Below are positions 29,521-29,948 of a DNA stretch of 29,948 nucleotides, in pieces; within the stretch, counting starts at the first letter, position 1; every line of letters starts with the position of its first letter. Position numbers and translations under genes: made by a program. The notes beneath the pieces were generated by a model. It did not search any database. It worked only from the letters and a program-made list of their open reading frames with translations, and was not told the DNA's origin. The stretch is from Macrostomum lignano (Eukaryota), in NCBI GenBank assembly GCA_002269645.1, contig NIVC01002819.1, positions 1 to 29,948 on the forward strand. Direction: 5' to 3'.

Positions 29521-29948
29521 TCAGACGCGGCACAGTTGGCAGACCAGCGCCAGATCCTCCCCGTTTTAGCGTCACCCTGCGGCAATGGATGCAGATTTTA
29601 TAAGCATCCGACAGCAGTTGAATAACGTAGGCTTCAGCGGCGGTCTGCAGGCACAGAACGGCGGCAGCTTGCCAGGTTTCGCCAACACCTGGCGCGGCGG
29701 GCAGCTGACACATTGTGCTTCAAATGCGCGGTCACCTCCTTGACTAGGCGCATAAATGGCAGCTTGCGAATTAACAGTTTAGTGGTGGTCTGCATAAACC
29801 TAATTTCTCTGTCGATGTGATTTTTACGGCCGCCGATGAGTTCGAGGCTCAGGCTTTGAAGATTTTTGTTTCTGTTTTCGCTGCGGGTGTTGTTGTTGCT
29901 TTTTATGCTGCTTCTGGCGTTGCTTTGAATTCTGAGGATTGAACAGCA
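29521..29948 (-). pseudogene. CENPA: Centromeric histone H3 variant (CenH3/CENP-A-like), 5'-partial, with two or three 1-bp frameshifts
   Basis: REIRFMQTTTKLLIRKLPFMRLVKEV...ETWQAAAVLCLQTAAEAYVIQLLSDAYKICIHCRRVTL histone fold with CenH3 diagnostics (no Q68, W at F84, A at T107, long loop 1). Single-base insertions in runs at 29699-29701 and 29559-29562. Confidence 0.75.

Overview
Eukaryotic (animal) genomic DNA. The GC/Ala-rich exons and minisatellite-filled introns resemble a free-living flatworm such as Macrostomum; this is an inference. Left end (1-4043): an internally deleted piggyBac remnant (- strand) interrupted by a 5'-truncated LOA-like non-LTR retrotransposon (RT + RNase H + zinc knuckle, 341-2940, + strand). 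The insertion is flanked by a perfect 122-bp duplication of piggyBac coding sequence (219-340 = 2941-3062), the most striking signal in the window. Next come a tRNA-headed CORE-SINE (-), a WSC-domain exon (+), a 10-exon GLG1 gene model of 1116 aa (+), a 2-exon cytosolic sulfotransferase with a GC-AG intron (+), a 3-exon WIPI2/Atg18 gene (-), and a frameshifted CenH3/CENP-A-like histone running off the right edge (-). Many introns and spacers carry tandem arrays. Notable ones: inverted copies of one minisatellite symmetrically flanking GLG1 exon 4, an (ACTA)n branch-point/STAR-motif array, an AG|GT-rich array with a 240-bp higher-order repeat, and a 33-bp satellite with 165/231-bp higher-order structure beside the CenH3 copy. 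All gene models were assembled by hand from splice signals, frame continuity and recalled family motifs; no database search was run.
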